This document shows positions 50,281-59,459 of a stretch of 64,000 nt of DNA, piece after piece. Numbering within the stretch: position 1 is the first letter of the stretch; each line of letters starts with the position of its first letter. The stretch is from positions 33,725 to 97,724 of the IMG/VR virus record IMGVR_UViG_3300045988_117477. One strand, given 5' to 3'. A model generated the notes under the pieces. It saw nothing but the letters and a program-made list of their open reading frames with translations, was not told the origin of the DNA and did not search any database. Position numbers and translations under genes: made by a program. The DNA is from a virus.

Positions 50281-51117
50281 TTAAAAATCAATTACCGTCC
50301 GAACCATGTCTCCGATGTGCTTGTTGCCGGTGCCCGTGAGGCCACTGGAGAAGACCACGTACCACGCGACGGCCTGGCTGCTCTCAGTACTGGACCAATA
50401 CCACGTCGAGGAGAGGGGAGATGCCGAAACATAAGTGAATGCTTTGTTTAGTTCGTCCATATAATGGGCCATTAAATTTAATTGACCAAGAGATGGTATA
50501 TACTCGCCATCTTCCAGCAGATTTCTCAATTTTGGATTTCTGGCTACAAGGCGTTCCGTATTGCCGCGTCCGTCAATGTCAAACAGCGCATCACATTCAC
50601 GTTCGTAATATGTCCCACTTCCGGATTCTTCACGGCTATCATCGTCAAGCAATTGTACGATATCATGCTCCGTCAGTGAGATTGCAAATGACATGTATCT
50701 GTGCTTCAACCCAATGTATCGTACACAATCTTTGGAGTTATCGCCGGTAAACGGCTCAGCGTGTCCATTTCCGTAGATTAGATACAAACCATCTTTTCTT
50801 GATGGTACTCTATTTTCACATACGCATCTTTCATTTTTGGGACTTACAATTATGTTCAACCCATTCAACACATGATCTTTTATAACCTCCTTACATATTC
50901 TTCTTACAAAATCATAATCTCTTTGTTTAAGCTCATCTGCTACCATACATCTGATCCAATGTTCTATCTGATTGTTTCCTCCGTATGTATTAAGCATACA
51001 CTGTTTTACGAGTTTTTCCAATAATAGCTCTATGTTTTTGATTATATCTTCTTTGGTAAGGTGAAGTTCATTTAATATATAGTTCCTTACTGCCTTGTAT
51101 TCTTTACTTGTGCTCAT
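50281..51117 (-). CDS. Hypothetical protein with a C-terminal DUF1566-like (Lcl C-terminal-like) motif encoded in a GC-rich island.
   Basis: YWSSTESSQAVAWYVVFSSGLTGTGNKHIGDMVRTV resembles the DUF1566 signature (YWSST..AW.v.F..G.....K....vR.V). Confidence 0.35.
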   Translation of the reverse strand: MSTSKEYKAVRNYILNELHLTKEDIIKNIELLLEKLVKQCMLNTYGGNNQIEHWIRCMVADELKQRDYDFVRRICKEVIKDHVLNGLNIIVSPKNERCVCENRVPSRKDGLYLIYGNGHAEPFTGDNSKDCVRYIGLKHRYMSFAISLTEHDIVQLLDDDSREESGSGTYYERECDALFDIDGRGNTERLVARNPKLRNLLEDGEYIPSLGQLNLMAHYMDELNKAFTYVSASPLSSTWYWSSTESSQAVAWYVVFSSGLTGTGNKHIGDMVRTVIDF

Positions 51118-51273
51118 AATATATCTACTTAATACTGTGAATTATATTTTTTTTCTCTCTCCCACTATCTTCCCCTATAGGATTATTCCATCCGTATTTT
51201 ACAGCCGTAGCTCTAAATAGAGGAAGTCTATAAAATCTATAATCATTCTCAAGATGAGCATATACTGTTGATT

Positions 51274-51936
51274 TCATTTCAGTTCTTTAATTAAAGCATC
51301 CGCATATATTACAGCTAATTCAGCCGCCTTATCACACGCTTCCAATATTAATTCACCGTGAGGTCCACGTCCTGATACGGATGTGATCGGAAGCATGGTT
51401 TTTGCCATCTCGTATCTACGTTGTTCCCAATCTACATGGGTGTTACACGGTTCTTGATTGACCTGTATATATCTTCCTTCAATATTAGAAGATCTTAATG
51501 TTTCCGCATTCTCTTCGCCGAATGCAACCAGAATAGACCCACATCCTGGACTTTCACCTATTGTTCCATCTTCTCTGTGGAATTTTATCCTTCCTTTCAT
51601 GAACAATATACCTTTTGCTTTCGGGAATACAACATCCTGAAACATCTTATTGTCAAGACGATTAAAAAGAAGAGCTATTCCATTATTGTGCTCTACCATA
51701 CGAGTAATAAAATGCTCTATAGTCGGTCTTGAATAAGGTGGGTTTAACCATACCCTTCCTTCCCATTTTTGTTTTAATCCATCTTGCTCTTTGTTATACA
51801 TAACCCTGGCTGTCCTCCATAACGGACGCATAGGCGCACATGGATCTAAATCAAATTCCCCTAAAGCGTCTATAATTTCTTTAGGTGTGTACCATTCATC
51901 TGTACTGTTTTTAGATTTCTCAAATGATGTATTCAT
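51274..51936 (-). CDS. Phage-type DNA N6-adenine methyltransferase (Dam_MT family).
   Basis: DEWYTPKEII and WLNPPYS (NPPY catalytic motif). Confidence 0.7.
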   Translation of the reverse strand: MNTSFEKSKNSTDEWYTPKEIIDALGEFDLDPCAPMRPLWRTARVMYNKEQDGLKQKWEGRVWLNPPYSRPTIEHFITRMVEHNNGIALLFNRLDNKMFQDVVFPKAKGILFMKGRIKFHREDGTIGESPGCGSILVAFGEENAETLRSSNIEGRYIQVNQEPCNTHVDWEQRRYEMAKTMLPITSVSGRGPHGELILEACDKAAELAVIYADALIKELK

Positions 51937-51954
51937 ATATCTATGTTTTATAAG

Positions 51955-52617
51955 TTAATCCCATCCTCCAGTAGTGTACAAAGATACATCTTCCTCCTCT
52001 ACGTTTATACCTTTAATAGCCTGTAGAAGTTTTTTCTTTGTCTCCCGGCACATATTGTAACCATATCCTTTATACCGATATGAGCGCTCCCATGTACTTA
52101 CCGGAAAAGGGATATTCTCGTCAATAACCAGTCTCTTCATATGAAGATGTTCGAAGAATTTCTCATGATAGAGTAGTTTGTACTCGTATGCTACTATACT
52201 TGCAGATGAGAATGGAAAATAATCATCTTCTTTTTCTTCGTATTTAGGCTCCTTATAGTAGGCCATTTTTGCCACAGTAAAGTCGAAGCTCCTGAGAATC
52301 TCTTCTGGCTTTCCGAACTCTGACTCTATGAACTCTACCCATACCTTTTCTCCCTCTTTCTGGAATGCGTATACCTTCTCATTCCTATACTTAAATTTCC
52401 ATCCTTCTTTCTGATGTCTTCCATCATTGAACAAATTAACAGCTTCCTGAAAATCGCTTTCACTTTCAAAGAAAATATCAATATCTTTTACTCTTTCTCC
52501 AGAAAGAATATTCTTAAAACATCCACCAGCTATGAACCCTTTGTGGCCTTCCATATACTTATCAAGCCATCTTATTTGCCAGAAATTATCTGGAGTATCT
52601 ATTACAAAATTATTCAT
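51955..52617 (-). CDS. Pol-beta-superfamily nucleotidyltransferase-fold protein.
   Basis: GGCFKNILSGERVKDIDIFF (G[GS]...DxD), plus a downstream acidic residue in FDFTVAKM. Confidence 0.45.
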   Translation of the reverse strand: MNNFVIDTPDNFWQIRWLDKYMEGHKGFIAGGCFKNILSGERVKDIDIFFESESDFQEAVNLFNDGRHQKEGWKFKYRNEKVYAFQKEGEKVWVEFIESEFGKPEEILRSFDFTVAKMAYYKEPKYEEKEDDYFPFSSASIVAYEYKLLYHEKFFEHLHMKRLVIDENIPFPVSTWERSYRYKGYGYNMCRETKKKLLQAIKGINVEEEDVSLYTTGGWD

Positions 52618-52635
52618 ATCGTTTGTATTTTACTG

Positions 52636-52890
52636 TTACCAAGCGAGATAAAAATTCCGCTTCACAATAATACAGTGAGTGTAATTGCTCAGGTTGATTC
52701 CGTTGTCCGTAAATGTATCCAGGACTCGTTTTTCCACGTATTTGAGTTTTACCATTATCCCCTTCTTAAACACTTCTATTAACTTCTCATTGCACTCAAT
52801 AGGTCCAATAAGACAGTATCTATTCGAAGGACTGTCTGATATACAATATGTCTGACATCCTAACATGTTGCTTAAAATTACTTCGTTCAT
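52636..52890 (-). CDS. Hypothetical protein.
   Basis: 84 aa ORF. Confidence 0.3.
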   Translation of the reverse strand: MNEVILSNMLGCQTYCISDSPSNRYCLIGPIECNEKLIEVFKKGIMVKLKYVEKRVLDTFTDNGINLSNYTHCIIVKRNFYLAW

Positions 52891-52897
52891 AATTTCT

Positions 52898-53374
52898 CTA
52901 TGATTCTAATATGGTGTCTACAAACTCCGTTATTTTATCAACGGATTCTTTTGATAAGGTATATCTTCTCCAATCCCATCTAAAATGCGCTTTTGGGAGA
53001 TTTTTAGTAGAATATTTTTCATTTCCGTCCTTGTTAGTCCATTCGTAATTATCCTCCGGATCCGCCACTTTTATCCCCGATTTAGGTCCGTTACGAAAGC
53101 TATATAGCATTCTTATAACCGATTCAAAATCCGAACCTATATCAAATAGCATATGATACACCTTGTTTATTAAAGCCCTATCAGCTTGTTCCAAGTCTTC
53201 ACCAAACAACTCTCTTACACTCCAATTTTTCATTTCTGAATAACGAATGAAATTAAGTTTCCCTTTTTCTATATTAGGATTTTTTCTTGATAATACAAGC
53301 TCCAAATCTTTCACAAATGATTCTTTTAGCTTCTGTTGTCCTAACAAGGCGGCGTATTTACTTACTATATCCAT
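52898..53374 (-). CDS. Hypothetical protein.
   Basis: 158 aa ORF. Confidence 0.35.
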   Translation of the reverse strand: MDIVSKYAALLGQQKLKESFVKDLELVLSRKNPNIEKGKLNFIRYSEMKNWSVRELFGEDLEQADRALINKVYHMLFDIGSDFESVIRMLYSFRNGPKSGIKVADPEDNYEWTNKDGNEKYSTKNLPKAHFRWDWRRYTLSKESVDKITEFVDTILES

Positions 53375-53745
53375 TATCCAAAGTTTTTTAATATTGCTCC
53401 AAACGAATCATATTTAACCCCTAATACATCATGCGCCTTTTGGGATCCACATTCACATTTTCCTACCTTCTGTCCTGATCCACACCCGCATAAGTCTATT
53501 CCCCAATGGTTGACGCAGTGGTCGCAGCAGCAGGACTGGTGAAGCCATGTGGCATCACCAGCATCCAAATCCAATTTTTCAAATGTTTCCCAAAACATGC
53601 TATTCGAAGCACCATTATCAAATCTGATAGTGACTGCGCCGCATTTACATTTTTGTATGTATTCTATTTCCATATATGTTCCATTTTCAAAATTTCTGGG
53701 GACAAATATTCTTGCAACTCCAATTTGCGTATTGGGACAAGACAA
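53374..53745 (-). CDS. Cys-rich metal-binding-like protein.
   Basis: CKCG...CCCDHCVNHWGIDLCGCGSGQKVGKCECG. Confidence 0.35.
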   Translation of the reverse strand: MSCPNTQIGVARIFVPRNFENGTYMEIEYIQKCKCGAVTIRFDNGASNSMFWETFEKLDLDAGDATWLHQSCCCDHCVNHWGIDLCGCGSGQKVGKCECGSQKAHDVLGVKYDSFGAILKNFG

Positions 53746-54116
53746 TCCAGATGTTTAGCGTCCATTTCTTGCCTATTCTCATCTACCCACATTAAAGTAT
53801 CTTTACTGCTACATTCCGGACATTTGTCAGCTCCACATGGAAGAAGCATTTGTGCTCCACATAAGACACATCTTACCCAGTCTCCGTGCTGCACCCCTTC
53901 GTATGTTCTTGTTTTCATATTTGTCATTTTATCATTTACAACTTTCACTTCTTCGCTCCACAAACGTCTCTTATATATCGGAGTGATGCCGATCAGAATA
54001 CCACTATCTTCACCCCAATACTGAAGTGTTTTGGACTCAATTTTATGATGCAATTCCTGTATTCCTCCTTTGTTTCTGTCATAAGGATAAAAATCAGATA
54101 ATTTTACCATTTTCAT
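53664..54116 (-). CDS. Hypothetical Cys-containing protein. Its 3' end overlaps the next ORF by 82 nt.
   Basis: 150 aa ORF with CVLCG...CPECS. Confidence 0.3.
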   Translation of the reverse strand: MKMVKLSDFYPYDRNKGGIQELHHKIESKTLQYWGEDSGILIGITPIYKRRLWSEEVKVVNDKMTNMKTRTYEGVQHGDWVRCVLCGAQMLLPCGADKCPECSSKDTLMWVDENRQEMDAKHLDCLVPIRKLELQEYLSPEILKMEHIWK

Positions 54117-54850
54117 TTTTCTGGATTTTCAGTAGTTCCTAAAAGACATTCATTACCCTCAAAATGAATACAATAATCCCATAATGTTCCATTGGAACAT
54201 TCGTACTTATAAGGCAATCCATTATAATCGTCCACAATTTCCCTTGCAAACAAACTGATATTCCATTTTTTATTTCCTTCTTTTCTTACCAGCACTTTGT
54301 CAAACGGCTTAAAATCATATTTCGGCTCTTCTTTAATCCAGAAGAAGCGTTTCAGATATTCTTTTGCTTTAGGATTTTCGCTTTTCTTTAACGCTTTAAT
54401 CATCTTCTGTTTTTCCGAATCTGTTGCAAGTCTATAACATTCTATGTGGTTTTCGTGTGCAGCCAAATTATCCGATATATTAAGACTTTTTCCCGCTGCA
54501 AGACTCGCATAAAAAGATGTTAAATATTTCCCATGCGTATTTAAAATAAAAATATAACTTCCATCTTTGCTGCTTAACACATCTCCATCTTTAAATGTAG
54601 TATATTCCGGGACTTCAAGAAGGAGGCGATTTTCGCTGCTAAATGCTTTTCCTGTAGCAGAAAACCAATCTGCCGATACAGAAATAGAATGAATTACAAC
54701 CAATAACGGACAAATTGACGAATTGTCTTCATATACTATTTCTGCTCTATTTCGTCCTTTCTCTGTCACAATCTGACCTACTCTTTCCCCTATGTTTATT
54801 TTTTTCGCCGTTTCTAAATCAAACGGGATTGTTACCATTTTATATTCCAT
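54113..54850 (-). CDS. Hypothetical protein, tandem paralog A.
   Basis: IPFDLETAKKI, DFKPFDKVLVR, CIHFEGNECLLGT shared with the upstream neighbour. Confidence 0.45.
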   Translation of the reverse strand: MEYKMVTIPFDLETAKKINIGERVGQIVTEKGRNRAEIVYEDNSSICPLLVVIHSISVSADWFSATGKAFSSENRLLLEVPEYTTFKDGDVLSSKDGSYIFILNTHGKYLTSFYASLAAGKSLNISDNLAAHENHIECYRLATDSEKQKMIKALKKSENPKAKEYLKRFFWIKEEPKYDFKPFDKVLVRKEGNKKWNISLFAREIVDDYNGLPYKYECSNGTLWDYCIHFEGNECLLGTTENPEK

Positions 54851-54854
54851 AATC

Positions 54855-55646
54855 TTATTTGTTTTTATTGGTTCCTAAAAGATGTTCGTTCCCTTCGTAT
54901 GGGATACACTGACTAAATCCTACCCCTCCTAAGCATTCGTATTTATTATCTCCTACTGATTCTCTGGAAAATAGATGCAATTTCCACCTCTCTTGGTTAG
55001 TTCTTCTCACCAGCACTCGTTCAAATGGTTTGAAGTCACGTTTCGGCATCTCATCTAATAGATACTCATATTCACTTAAATATCGTTTTATTATATCTAT
55101 TTTTCTACTGTCTTCGGCTTTTATAATCTTTTCTGCTAAAAATTTCTTCTCTTCTTCTATAGCCTTTCTTACATGCCGTTTTTTATCTTCATCATACACA
55201 TCAGTCCATAATCCGCTATGATCAAACTTAATATCTCCAGATGTTACCATTCCACATATACTTCCCATTACCCCTTTGGTAATAAGTCCATCATATATAA
55301 ATTGACATCCTTTAGTGCTTGTTAATACATCTCCTTTCTTAAAATACGCTCCAGCCTCTACCCTCAATTCCAGAGTGGTGCCGCCAATAATACAACCTTC
55401 CGTGTTGGCATATATAGCACTTATCCCATATCCATCTTTTTTTACAAAAAGCAAATTATAAGGACCCGCACAGTCTTTCGACTCATATACAAATTCTATT
55501 TCAATATTATCAATTAATACCGAACCTTCTATTTCTCCGCTTTTAATTTTTCTCGCCGTATTTAAATCAAACGGAATAATAATTGCATTTTCCATATTTT
55601 TCTTGTTTTTAGTTGTTATAAAATAAGATGGGTTACTTACGCCCAT
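54855..55646 (-). CDS. Hypothetical protein, tandem paralog B.
   Basis: IPFDLNTARKI, DFKPFERVLVR, CIPYEGNEHLLGT. Confidence 0.45.
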   Translation of the reverse strand: MGVSNPSYFITTKNKKNMENAIIIPFDLNTARKIKSGEIEGSVLIDNIEIEFVYESKDCAGPYNLLFVKKDGYGISAIYANTEGCIIGGTTLELRVEAGAYFKKGDVLTSTKGCQFIYDGLITKGVMGSICGMVTSGDIKFDHSGLWTDVYDEDKKRHVRKAIEEEKKFLAEKIIKAEDSRKIDIIKRYLSEYEYLLDEMPKRDFKPFERVLVRRTNQERWKLHLFSRESVGDNKYECLGGVGFSQCIPYEGNEHLLGTNKNK

Positions 55647-56701
55647 CCCAGTTGCTTTGCAATACTTTCCATCTCACTATACGCAATACGATGACATCCG
55701 GCTGTCAGTATATCGTTTTCATACCGGTTTATGCTCCACTTATTGCCACCCACGTCCTCTACCAGGCCATGCCGGAACTGGCCTCCCCGGTGCAACAGTG
55801 ACACCATCTGCCACATCCTTCTGGCTTCTTCTATCCCGATTTTTATTTGTTTGCTCGTTTCAATAATTCCCCCTTTTATGCGCATCCAAGCATTTACGTC
55901 AGCACAATCAATAAAATAATATGAATGCAAGAAATTAAGTTCTCCCGACTTCCATTTTTCTAATTTTTCATAAAAATCCTTACGAAATTTGTCTAATTCT
56001 TCTTCCCTTGCCCTTCGCTTTTTTTCCTGTTTTGCTTCTATATTTATTCTATATTTTTCAACTCTTTCCCGATATTTCAACCAAGTTCCTTCACCACAAA
56101 CTTCATCTACAATCACAATAACGGTTCCAAGGACTTCCAGTGCTTGATGATTCAATAATATCTGGAAAACACGTTTCAACTCACGGACATGTTCACGTTT
56201 AATCTTATCTGATTTCCATGATAATTCATGGTTAGTTCCAAGCCATTCGTTTGCGCTCTTTTTAAGAAGACGCCGGGGAGTCCCCATATCGAAGAACTCA
56301 ATATAATCCATCAGATTTTTAAAATTCCCCCAAACATCCCGATAAGACAATTCGGTTCTGGCTTTCTTGTATTTTTCAATAGCATCTTTAATACATTCCA
56401 ACATATTGGTAACAAAGAGCATGTTACCGATACAATATGATATATTACATTCAACATAGAACACCTTTGAGCCAGTTGGTATTGCTTCACGAACATAATA
56501 TTGATGCTTGCTTGTAGTAGAAGAATAGTATGTATCATTAATCAAATACGCCTTTTCTCCACGCTTGTTTCGCACGATTCTTCCGACCTCAAAATGTCTT
56601 CCATAGGAGTAAATACTTTCACCTTCAAAATAGAAATTACTACCATTTGCAGATTCTTGCTTTTCGTTTGCCCACAAGTGAGCGACCATTGAATTGTTCA
56701 T
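55637..56701 (-). CDS. Hypothetical protein.
   Basis: 354 aa ORF. Confidence 0.4.
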   Translation of the reverse strand: MNNSMVAHLWANEKQESANGSNFYFEGESIYSYGRHFEVGRIVRNKRGEKAYLINDTYYSSTTSKHQYYVREAIPTGSKVFYVECNISYCIGNMLFVTNMLECIKDAIEKYKKARTELSYRDVWGNFKNLMDYIEFFDMGTPRRLLKKSANEWLGTNHELSWKSDKIKREHVRELKRVFQILLNHQALEVLGTVIVIVDEVCGEGTWLKYRERVEKYRINIEAKQEKKRRAREEELDKFRKDFYEKLEKWKSGELNFLHSYYFIDCADVNAWMRIKGGIIETSKQIKIGIEEARRMWQMVSLLHRGGQFRHGLVEDVGGNKWSINRYENDILTAGCHRIAYSEMESIAKQLGWA

Positions 56702-56713
56702 ATAAATATCTTT

Positions 56714-57004
56714 TTAATTGTTTAACTTACCTTTATCATATGACATTCTTTTTTCGTATTTTTCAATACGTTCGGTTATCATATCGCAGAAAATTTGCCC
56801 CTCTTTTTCGGAACCTCTGAAGTAACCAATCATCTTCAGGATATTCCCGTTAAACTCATGGACAAACTTATTGTAATAATGTTCTCCCATAACTTTCCCG
56901 TATTTTTCTATGAACAAATCCTTGTCCAACGATTCATCTTTAAAACAACGGTTGTAATCCCATATTACGACACGAAGTAACGTTTCAAAATCCAACCTTT
57001 CCAT
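56714..57004 (-). CDS. Hypothetical protein.
   Basis: 96 aa ORF. Confidence 0.3.
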   Translation of the reverse strand: MERLDFETLLRVVIWDYNRCFKDESLDKDLFIEKYGKVMGEHYYNKFVHEFNGNILKMIGYFRGSEKEGQIFCDMITERIEKYEKRMSYDKGKLNN

Positions 57005-57012
57005 ATCCTGTA

Positions 57013-57909
57013 TTATTTAAGTTCAAACTTGATGCCTTCCGGCAACTGAGAGCGGTCTACGTTATTCACAAAATCATCAAACTCTTCCTGTGTGATTTTT
57101 CCTCCATAATCGTTCCAGTTGAAAAATAAAGTGTTCGTGTGAGGATAATATATAACATTATTAATTGGCAATCCATAATCAAACACACAGAGTATTATCT
57201 TCTTTTCTGCTTCTGCTTGTCTGATTTTTTTATCGTATCGCTCACAAATTTCAGCACGTTTTGCCGCCATCTTTGCTTTATGGGCTTCCACTCTGCGTTT
57301 CTCTATATTTTCTGAGGAATAATGCCCGGCTTTAATACGCTCTTCAATAAGAGATCGTTCCTCGTCCGTTAGTGTTAAAACAAATCTTTCTTCTTCCGGC
57401 TTATATGGATTAACCCACTTCTTTCCACACAATTTTTCAAGTTCCGCAATAAGCTCTTCTGATTCTCTTTTCCATCTATCCACAATCCCAAGATTGAAAA
57501 GCTGATACTTGAAATACAACTCATCCTCAGAGGCTTTATATAATTCTGCGCATTCTTGTTCTGATATACGCAAATACTCCATTGCTACAGACATGCCACT
57601 TCTTCTAACGTGATATATGCCATTTTCCACCGGATACATAGGAGCATCATAATGGTTACAACGATGCAACGATATGAATTTTGCCAATTCCGGAAAATGT
57701 TTTGCAACTTCATCGTGACAGCAGCCTCCCATATACTCCTTGTATTGTCCACGTTGATTTTTCCATCTAACATCGGCTGTTACTCTCCAGTCACACATAT
57801 TGTTATGACAATCATCATCTAAAGATACTGTGACTGTTATTCTGTATTCTTCTTTGTTTTCTGTAAAGAATTTTGTACTTAAATAAGTTAGTTTGTTTGC
57901 AGTTTCCAT
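57013..57909 (-). CDS. Hypothetical protein.
   Basis: 298 aa ORF. Confidence 0.4.
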   Translation of the reverse strand: METANKLTYLSTKFFTENKEEYRITVTVSLDDDCHNNMCDWRVTADVRWKNQRGQYKEYMGGCCHDEVAKHFPELAKFISLHRCNHYDAPMYPVENGIYHVRRSGMSVAMEYLRISEQECAELYKASEDELYFKYQLFNLGIVDRWKRESEELIAELEKLCGKKWVNPYKPEEERFVLTLTDEERSLIEERIKAGHYSSENIEKRRVEAHKAKMAAKRAEICERYDKKIRQAEAEKKIILCVFDYGLPINNVIYYPHTNTLFFNWNDYGGKITQEEFDDFVNNVDRSQLPEGIKFELK

Positions 57910-57920
57910 ATTATTTTAGT

Positions 57921-58175
57921 TTAATCATTACACTTATGAAAAATAAAATCTGCACACTCTCCGGGAAGTGTTCCTGCGTCATTACAACGGTAAAACCCTT
58001 GTGTTTCCAAATCTACATCTACCGGATAACCTTCTGCTTTTTTCAAAAAAGCATCTATTTCCTGTATTTCTTCTTCAGACAGTCCTGAATAATCACCGTT
58101 TATCAGAGCGCAAGCCCAATAAATCGGAAGCCTGTATCTTATTATTTCTATCATACCACCTTCGTTTATACGCAT
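57921..58175 (-). CDS. Hypothetical protein.
   Basis: 84 aa ORF. Confidence 0.3.
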   Translation of the reverse strand: MRINEGGMIEIIRYRLPIYWACALINGDYSGLSEEEIQEIDAFLKKAEGYPVDVDLETQGFYRCNDAGTLPGECADFIFHKCND

Positions 58176-58472
58176 TCTATTATATCCACATCATCAATTT
58201 GAGCAACCTGTACACCTTCGTCGTTTTCTATGATATATACATTAACTGCAAAAGGCGAACAGAAACCATTTTTTGATTCTCCTCCAGTGATGGGATTATT
58301 ATCCTCATCTAACCCACCCCATACCTCAAAATGATATTTTCCGAAATCAAAATAAGAGAACCAGACATTATTGTCTTCATGTATTTCAATCTCTTTTTTA
58401 TCTATTTTGTAATTATGTTTACACCCACCATATTTAAATGATATGGTTATATATTTATCAAATTCTTTTATT

Positions 58473-58865
58473 TTATATCTTCATTAGTCTGCAATTTGCA
58501 TCTTCAAATACCGGAATCATCCCTTGTTCTCTAAAATAAGCAGTGGCCACTTTAAAAGCATACAGCGGATTTACTTTCTGGATTTCCCGCTGTGATTTGT
58601 AGAAAGATAACGGTTGACATACATAGAAGTTTTCATTGCCAAGACTCCCAAAAAGCCAATCCATACTACCTTCATCACAATTAGTGCCACCCAGTATTAT
58701 TAAATCACATCCGGTCTTTCTGGTTCCAAGAATAAATATCTTATTCTTGTTTTTCGGTTGCATAAATATCTCCTTGTCGATTTTAAACCAGTCACTCTGG
58801 CAACTCTCCACATCCCGACGAACGATTTCGTCAATTTCACGGGCATATTCTTCTTGGGTTTTCAT
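58473..58865 (-). CDS. Hypothetical protein.
   Basis: 130 aa ORF. Confidence 0.35.
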   Translation of the reverse strand: MKTQEEYAREIDEIVRRDVESCQSDWFKIDKEIFMQPKNKNKIFILGTRKTGCDLIILGGTNCDEGSMDWLFGSLGNENFYVCQPLSFYKSQREIQKVNPLYAFKVATAYFREQGMIPVFEDANCRLMKI

Positions 58866-58902
58866 AAGATATGTTATTAAAAATGATAACTAAATATGTT
58901 TC

Positions 58903-59316
58903 TTAAAAGAAACTCCAACAAAATGTTACGATAAATTCTCCCATTCCGTATTCAGCAAGTTGCTTAAACGATTCTATCCCATTGCAGTAACAAAAAACAT
59001 CATCATTGTCATCATCGTTGATGTTCAATGATAGTTTCATTGTCTTTCTTTGTTCATCTCCTGTCTCTTTCCGTACAATCTGACATTCTACGTATTCAGG
59101 CTCCTTCCCTGTTCTTTCTACAAATTCATGAAACCTTAAATCAATTTCATGTTTGACTTCTTCAATGTTGGATATTATCACCTCGTTTTCACAATTCGAG
59201 CAAATAGCATGCATAAAAGATCCATCAAAATAATCTATTATTTTTCCGGTATTCGGATTTACTATGGCTTCACAAGCAACATTTGTTCCACCACATCTTG
59301 TACATATATATCCCAT
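58903..59316 (-). CDS. Zinc-ribbon protein.
   Basis: CTRCGG...CSNCEN. Confidence 0.35.
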   Translation of the reverse strand: MGYICTRCGGTNVACEAIVNPNTGKIIDYFDGSFMHAICSNCENEVIISNIEEVKHEIDLRFHEFVERTGKEPEYVECQIVRKETGDEQRKTMKLSLNINDDDNDDVFCYCNGIESFKQLAEYGMGEFIVTFCWSFF

Positions 59317-59459
59317 AATTATCTGTTTTTAAAATGTTCAACAATTTCATCTACTGTAGCCTTACGCCACGCAAAGCAGGCCCCGTCTCCCCTGAACCGG
59401 AGCTCTTCGCACTTTCCCACCTGTCTCCTGTGGCGTCCGTCACTATCAGCCATTATAAC

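Noticed and set aside
53664-53745. The 82-nt overlap between two - strand ORFs as a programmed frameshift.
   Set aside because: It is more simply explained by a downstream alternative start for 53374..53745 or a shorter true start of the upstream gene. There is no slippery heptamer.
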